Source: Octopus sinensis (taxonomy: Eukaryota). Taken from it: a stretch of DNA of 16,190 nucleotides. The stretch covers positions 1-16,190 of the forward strand of contig NW_021825185.1 in NCBI RefSeq assembly GCF_006345805.1, read 5' to 3'. Below the pieces are notes generated by a model. It searched no databases. It was given only the letters and a program-made list of their open reading frames with translations, and was not told the origin of the DNA. The position numbers and the translations under genes are program-made. This document shows positions 10,190-16,190 of the stretch, one piece after another; the first letter of the stretch is position 1, and the number at the start of each line of letters is the position of its first letter.

Positions 10190-10690
10190 AGTTGTGGCGG
10201 CAGTGGTGGTGGTGGTGGTGAGGGTGATGTTGGTGGAGGTTGAGAGGGTGTTGGTTGTGGTTTTGTGGTGGTGATGGTAGTAATGGTGGTGGCAGTGGTT
10301 GTTGTGATTGTTGCGGTGATTGCTGGTGGTGGTGGTTGTGGTGGTGGTGATGGTGGTGACGGTTGTAGTGGTGGTGGAAATGGTTGTTGTAGCGTTAGTG
10401 GTGGTTGTGGTTGTGGTTGTAGTGGTGGTTGTGGTTGTGGTGGGGGTGATGGTTGTGGTGGGGTGATGGTTGTGGTGGTGGTGGTGATGGTAGCAATGGT
10501 GGTTGTAGTGGTTGTTGTAGCGTTGGTGGTGGTTATAGTTGTGGTGGTTGTGGTGTGGCGGTGGTGGTTGTGGCGGTGGTGGTTGTGACGGTGGTGGTAG
10601 TGGTTGTGGTGGTGGAGATAATAAAAATTAAGACGATGCTGATGATGATATTGATGACCACGTTGATGATGATGATGATGGTGATGTAAT
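10190..10690. repeat. Degenerate (GGT/GTT)n tract ending in (GAT)n
   Basis: Directly visible. Confidence 0.92.
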
Positions 10691-11630
10691 GAAAAAGAAA
10701 GCAGAAGAAGATTAAGAAAATGGAGATGGAAGATGATTAAGAGGAATGAAAACATAGCAGAAGAATAAGGAGATAAAAAGAGAAATAGAGGAGGTGAAAG
10801 GAGGAGAAGGAAGAGGGGAAAGAAGGAGAATGGAAAATATTGAAGGAAGGCAAAGGAAGAAGAGGAGAAGGAGGAAGATGTGGATTGAAGATAAAAAAGA
10901 AGTAGAATAAAGAGAGGAGAATGAATAACGAGAAGGAAACGAAGAATGGAAAAAAAAAGGAAAAGAAGAAATATACAGGATAAGATGAAAGAAAAGAATA
11001 AGAATTTAGTGAAAAATACGAAAAAGAAAAAGAAAAAATGGAAAAAAAAATGAAAGAAAGATGAAAGGTAAAATGAGAAAGAAGGTAGAAGGAAAAGGAA
11101 GGAAACTGAGCAAAAAAAGAAAGAAAGAAGAAACTGAAGGAAGAAGAAGCAAGAAAGACAACGAAGAAAACGAAGGAAAAAGACGAAGAGGACAGTGATA
11201 AGGAAGAAGGTAAAGAAGGAGAAGAATAAAGAAGAGAGAAACAAAGAAGAAGAAGAAAAGGAAGAAGTAAAAGACAAGAAGAAAGAATACGGAAAGGAAG
11301 AAGTAGAAGGAAAAAAGGAATGAAGATAAAAGAAAAACCGAAGAAGAAGCAACAGAAGGAACACGAAGTAGCAGCAGCAGCCATATAAGAAGGAGAAGAA
11401 GAAGGAAAATAACAATGAAGAACAAAATATGATTAAAATGAAGGAAAAGAAGACGAAGTAGAAAAGAGAAGGTTACTGTAAAATAAGATGAATGATTAAG
11501 GTGATAAAGTGGAATGTAGAAATAAGGAAGATGACGAAGAAGAAAGGGAAAGAAAAGGTTGAAGAAGGTAAAAATAAAAACAAAAAACTGAATAATAAAA
11601 TAAATTAAATGAAGAAGGTGAAGAAATCGA
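10691..11630. repeat. About 940 bp purine-rich GAA/AGA low-complexity tract
   Basis: Almost exclusively A/G on the + strand; source of the F/L/S-rich minus-strand ORFs. Confidence 0.92.
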
Positions 11631-11769
11631 TGAATGGTTCGTGAGATAATTATTTGCTCTTCAGAATCGATATGTTGTATTTGTGATGACAACAGTGGCA
11701 AAATGAGGGAATATTAACAGCTAAGCTGAGAGGTAAATGGAACGAGCAGACGACACATGCGATGACGCA

Positions 11770-12640
11770 GACGATGATGTTAACAACAACAACAATAACA
11801 ACAACAGCAAACAACAGCAACAATTGCTGTTGTTGTTGTTGGTGATGATAGGGCGATGGTGATGATGGTAGTGCTGGCAGTGGTGATAATTATGGTAGTA
11901 TTGACAAGAATTGGATGATGATGGTGGTGGTGGTGGTAATGATGATGATGATGAGGAGGATGAGGATAAAGAGGAGGAGGAGGAAGAGGAAGAAGAAGAG
12001 AATGAAGATGATGATGATGATGATGACGACAATGACGATGATGTTGATAACGATGATAATGATAGAAATGATGATGATGATGACGATGATGATGAAGATG
12101 ATGATGATGATGATGATGGTGATAATGTTGACAATGATTACTATGAAACTGTTAGTGGCAGCGGTGGTGGTGGTGTGGGCGATGATGATGATGATGGTGA
12201 TATCCATACTATTATTAATACTAGCCACACCTCCACCACCACCACCACCACCACCACTATGATAACAACAACAATAACAACAACAACAAGTAACAACAAC
12301 AACAACAGCAGCAACAACAACCCCTACTAATACTTCAGCGCACAGGCCACGCAACGTGACACTACCACCTTCACTACAACCATACAGTCTATCACTAACA
12401 CATCATCGTTACACATAGCAACCCCCACCCCAACCCACCCCACTATCACCACCACCACCACCACCACAACCACCGCCAACGCCACAACCACCACCACCAC
12501 CACCATCGTCACCAGCACCAGCATTATCAACATCACTGCCGCCACCGCTACCACCACCATCAGCATCACTACCACCACTAATACCACCGCCACCACCACT
12601 ATTACCACGACCACCATCACCACCATCACCACCCTCCACC
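11770..12640. repeat. Compound trinucleotide tract (AAC, GTT, GAT/GAG, then ACC/AAC)
   Basis: Directly visible. Confidence 0.92.
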
Positions 12641-12795
12641 CTTAATTCCACACCTTCAGTAATGCCTCTCCTCCACTCTCTCCACCTCCCCCGTTCATGA
12701 AAAATACCTGAAATCATTGAAGAAGACAGTTTAACGTCAACAAACGTCGGTGTTGCGATCGATTGCAACAAGGTGCAGTTGCAACTGTTGTTAGA

Positions 12796-12884
12796 AAGAG
12801 AGAGAGAGAGAGGGAGGGAGAGAGAGAGAGAGGCAGAGAGAGGGGGAGAGGCAGAGAGAGAGAAAGGGAGAAAGAGAGAGAGAG
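12796..12884. repeat. (GA)n microsatellite
   Basis: Directly visible. Confidence 0.95.
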
Positions 12885-13024
12885 GGCGTAAGTGTCACTG
12901 GCGGGTTGCAGTGTGATGCACAGCCTCTTGTTGCTGGTGTTGGTTAATAAAACCACCGCCATATTTTACAAGATGTGTGGCTTGTCTCTCTTTTGTGGAG
13001 AAGATTCTCAAGAGCGGAGGGGGA

Positions 13025-13213
13025 GACACACACGTCTCGCATACACATATGCACGCACACGTACGCACACACACATCCATGTATACATCGCATGTCATAC
13101 ATGCAAACATATACACATACATATAATAACACCTGGGACATTACACATACGCTCACATGTACATGCTTACATCGCATGTCCTACATTTACACACATATAC
13201 ATACATATGTATG

Positions 13214-13268
<55 letters not shown>

Positions 13269-13524
13269 CTGGAACATTACACATATACACACGTACACAA
13301 GAATACATCCCATGTCATACATTTACACACGTACACATACATACTTACACAAACACACACACACAACACATATATATATATTATATATAGATATACACCT
13401 GGAACATCACATACATACACACACGCACCCATATCTCGCACAAACAATAAGCAGATCGTACGTTTCACACATACATACATCATACATCGCCCATCACACA
13501 CTCATATACATACATACATATACA

Positions 13525-13567
<43 letters not shown>

Positions 13568-13573
13568 TATATA

Positions 13574-13619
<46 letters not shown>

Positions 13620-13672
13620 ATATATATATATATGTATATATATATATAATATATATATATATGTGTGTGTGT
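13025..13672. repeat. CA/TA-rich tract with a degenerate higher-order unit of about 130 bp and pure (TA)n runs
   Basis: The anchor ctgg(g/a)acat(t/c)aca recurs at 13133, 13269 and 13399; the motif tacatc(g/c)catgtc also recurs. Confidence 0.85.
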
Positions 13673-13755
13673 ATAAGGATGAAAAGGAACGCACGAGTTG
13701 ATATATATAGAAAAACAAGTCGAGATAGAAAATGCTAAAATAATTTTCTAAAAAA

Positions 13756-13801
13756 CATTTCAGTACCGGTTTCAGTCATTGATACTTTTTCAACTGTAAC
13801 G
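13756..13801 (-). ncRNA. Minimal type I hammerhead ribozyme motif (U3-A8 variant, palindromic stem III)
   Basis: Minus strand CGUUACAG-UUGAAAA-AGUAUCAAUGACU-GAAA-CCGGUA^CUGAAAUG. Stem I has 7 of 8 pairs (one G.U wobble, one A.A mismatch). Core 13793-13787, stem II AGU/ACU, GAAA 13773-13770, ACCGGU palindrome, predicted cleavage between 13764 and 13763. Confidence 0.7.
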
Positions 13802-14089
13802 ATTAAATAATTAAATTTAGAAAAATTAAAAGAAAAGTTTTTTTGATTGAATATTTGTAGTGTTCAAATATAAGTGGCATTTTCCTTGTTTCTGCCTGTC
13901 TCTGTCTCTCTTGTTTACTCTTGTGGGTTCGAGGTCCTTGTGAATTCTTGGTAGGGAAGAAGAAGAAGAAAAAAAAAGGAAGGAGGATGAGGAGAAGAAG
14001 AAGAATAATAATTTGGGAGTGCTATGATAGTAGTATTTTGAATGGTCCGTGGATGGTAGCAGTCCCTGTTCAATTCATGAAAAATATGA

Positions 14090-14138
14090 CATTACACACA
14101 GACGCACATAACAGATATATACTTCACACACACACACA

Positions 14139-14219
<81 letters not shown>

Positions 14220-15495
14220 TACACACCAGTGAGCACAAACACACATACACTGCTTCCCCCATCATACACATACAGCTCATAAGTCACACACAGATACATG
14301 TATACGATGTACACCTTGCACATACATACACAACAGAGAACACACGCATCACACATCCACACATACATCGTAGACACATAGATCACACACGCACACACAC
14401 ATGTACGTGTTGTACGTTACACCGTACGTACATCACACGTCGCACACATACGCACATCACACATGTACACATATACACATACACACACATATATATATAT
14501 GCACACATCATGTTTTCTCTCTCTCTCTCCCACACATGCACTCACGGACACATACATATCACACACACGTGTATGTACATAAACACATATATACATCAGA
14601 CATCACACATATACACACATCATACATCTATATACATACGCACACAAACATCACTCTATCTTTCACATACACATTTACATATACATACACACATCCACAT
14701 CCTCGCACACACATATACACTAACACAAACATATATACATACACACTTGGACATATGCAGGAACACAAACACAGGTACGTATATACATATATACACATAC
14801 ATACACACATCCACATCTCCGCACTCAAACTGTCACACACATATATACATACACACATTTACGTACACACACACACATACATATACATATCAAACTTATA
14901 TATATACGCATACATATACACACAAACTCATGCACACGTACACATACACATACACATATACACACATACACATATACACACATACACATACACACATAAG
15001 TCTCTCTCCCTTATATGCAGAAACACATACACATGCAGGTGCATATACACATACTCACACACACACGCACACATAATATATATATATATACACGAATATA
15101 CGAATACGCACGTCCGTATATATATATATACATATAGACGTACAACTGCACACACATGCACATATACACACAAGTACAGTTGCATACACATGCACATGCT
15201 CACACGCACACACACATATACATACATACACATTATACGCATACACAATCCCACATACACATGCATATAGCCTTATACACATACGTACATTCGCAAGCAC
15301 ATATATGCACACATGTTCCCACCCACGCACACACACCACACACACATATACATATGTACACACAAATCTACATACATAACCATACAGCCGAATATGTGTA
15401 ATGTATGTAGATTTGTGTGTACATATACGCATATACGCATATACGCAAGCATATACGCATATACGCTACACATATACGCATATACGCAAGCATAT
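14090..15495. repeat. About 1.4 kb degenerate CA/TA (CACATA-type) tract, ending in a (CATATACG)n 8-mer repeat at about 15422-15495
   Basis: Directly visible; source of the H/T/Y/I-rich ORFs. Confidence 0.93.
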
Positions 15496-15509
15496 TTTGT
15501 TGTCTGGTG

Positions 15510-15670
15510 GTGTGGAAATGGATTCTCCGTCGGTATCGACGACGAGCAGAATTACTCTTCGTGTAATTAATGTATAAGAGTGACCGAGTACTCCTCAGAC
15601 ACGTGTAACTCTCAGGCTGGGTCAGCGAGACAGAATGTGTTAAAAGCTGACCGTATAAATGACAGGTGCT
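15510..15670 (+). mobile_element. Decayed fragment of a third SINE-like repeat (family C)
   Basis: cgacgacgag...tcgtgtaattaatgt...gagtactcctcagacacgtgta...cagcgagacagaatgtg...aagctgacc resembles an abundant octopus repeat recalled from memory. There is no second copy in the window to confirm it. Confidence 0.45.
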
Positions 15671-15674
15671 TTGG

Positions 15675-15782
15675 AGAGAGAGAGAGAGAGATAGAGAGAG
15701 AGAGGGACAGAGAGAGAGTGGAGAGAGAGAGAGAGAGGGACAGAGAGAGAGGGGGAGAGAGAGGGAGAGAGAGAGGAGAGAG

Positions 15783-15819
<37 letters not shown>
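15675..15819. repeat. (GA)n microsatellite
   Basis: Directly visible. Confidence 0.95.
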
Positions 15820-15823
<4 letters not shown>

Positions 15824-16190
15824 TATAAAATGCACCACATGTTAATATCACATGTCAATAACAATGACCCTAAACTAGTTGCAGACAAGAAGAGCGGTCT
15901 ATGTTGCTACTTTTAAAATGGTTCGGCACAAGAAGCTGGAATTTGCATCCTTGATGCTTCTGAAGGAATTAGAAAGACAATCCTGGTCAGTCCATTGTTT
16001 GCTAAAGTCTGTGAACCCAAACAGCTGGTTATTTAGTTATTGCAGTCGCTTTTTCAGGTAGCGATAAACTTTCCAATGAAGCGGGCTGCAGGTTCCGCTT
16101 ACAAAGTTCCTTTTGGAAATGGGCACAAATGAAGCACATCTTTGAAACATTGTCAAATATTCGGAAACCAGACAAGTTCTTGAGAGATAG

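Noticed and set aside
10186-11701. Longest ORFs (409, 231 and 215 aa) with apparent multi-TM F/L/S composition
   Set aside because: They are the antisense reading of the GAA- and GGT-rich tracts, which lack stop codons by composition.
11665-11732. Well-formed acceptor (ttgctcttcag) and donor (GAG|gtaaat) pair; also shares the 12-mer GGCAAAATGAGG with 2602-2613
   Set aside because: Stops in all three frames, so at most a non-coding exon; the 12-mer match is isolated and probably chance.
11911-12643. Acidic ORF followed in frame by a mucin-like Thr-rich stretch
   Set aside because: Both are phase-locked trinucleotide repeats separated by a stop, with no start or splice support.
14401-15270. 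289-aa His/Thr/Tyr-rich ORF
   Set aside because: It is the translation of degenerate CA/TA repeat.

Overview
Eukaryotic, repeat-saturated genomic DNA that is mostly intronic or intergenic. The SINE families look like those I recall from Octopus (coleoid cephalopod) genomes; this is recognition from memory, not a database search. More than half of the window is simple or low-complexity repeat (TA, CA, GATA, GAT, GGT, GAA, GA), and this explains almost every ORF in the supplied track. Interspersed elements are three near-complete copies plus one fragment of a tRNA-headed SINE with an internal microsatellite, fragments of two other SINE-like families, two copies of a TA-flanked mariner-type MITE, and two decayed Tc1/mariner transposase remnants (one clearly DD37D/maT). 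No complete gene is visible. The best exon candidate (2608-2806, +) encodes a type II membrane-anchor N-terminus. The most unusual signal is two unrelated minus-strand minimal type I hammerhead-ribozyme motifs next to (TA)n tracts. One is at 13756-13801 and has a compensatory U3-A8 core and a palindromic stem III. The other is at 1897-1943 and is degenerate. Together they suggest non-autonomous Penelope-like or retrozyme insertions.
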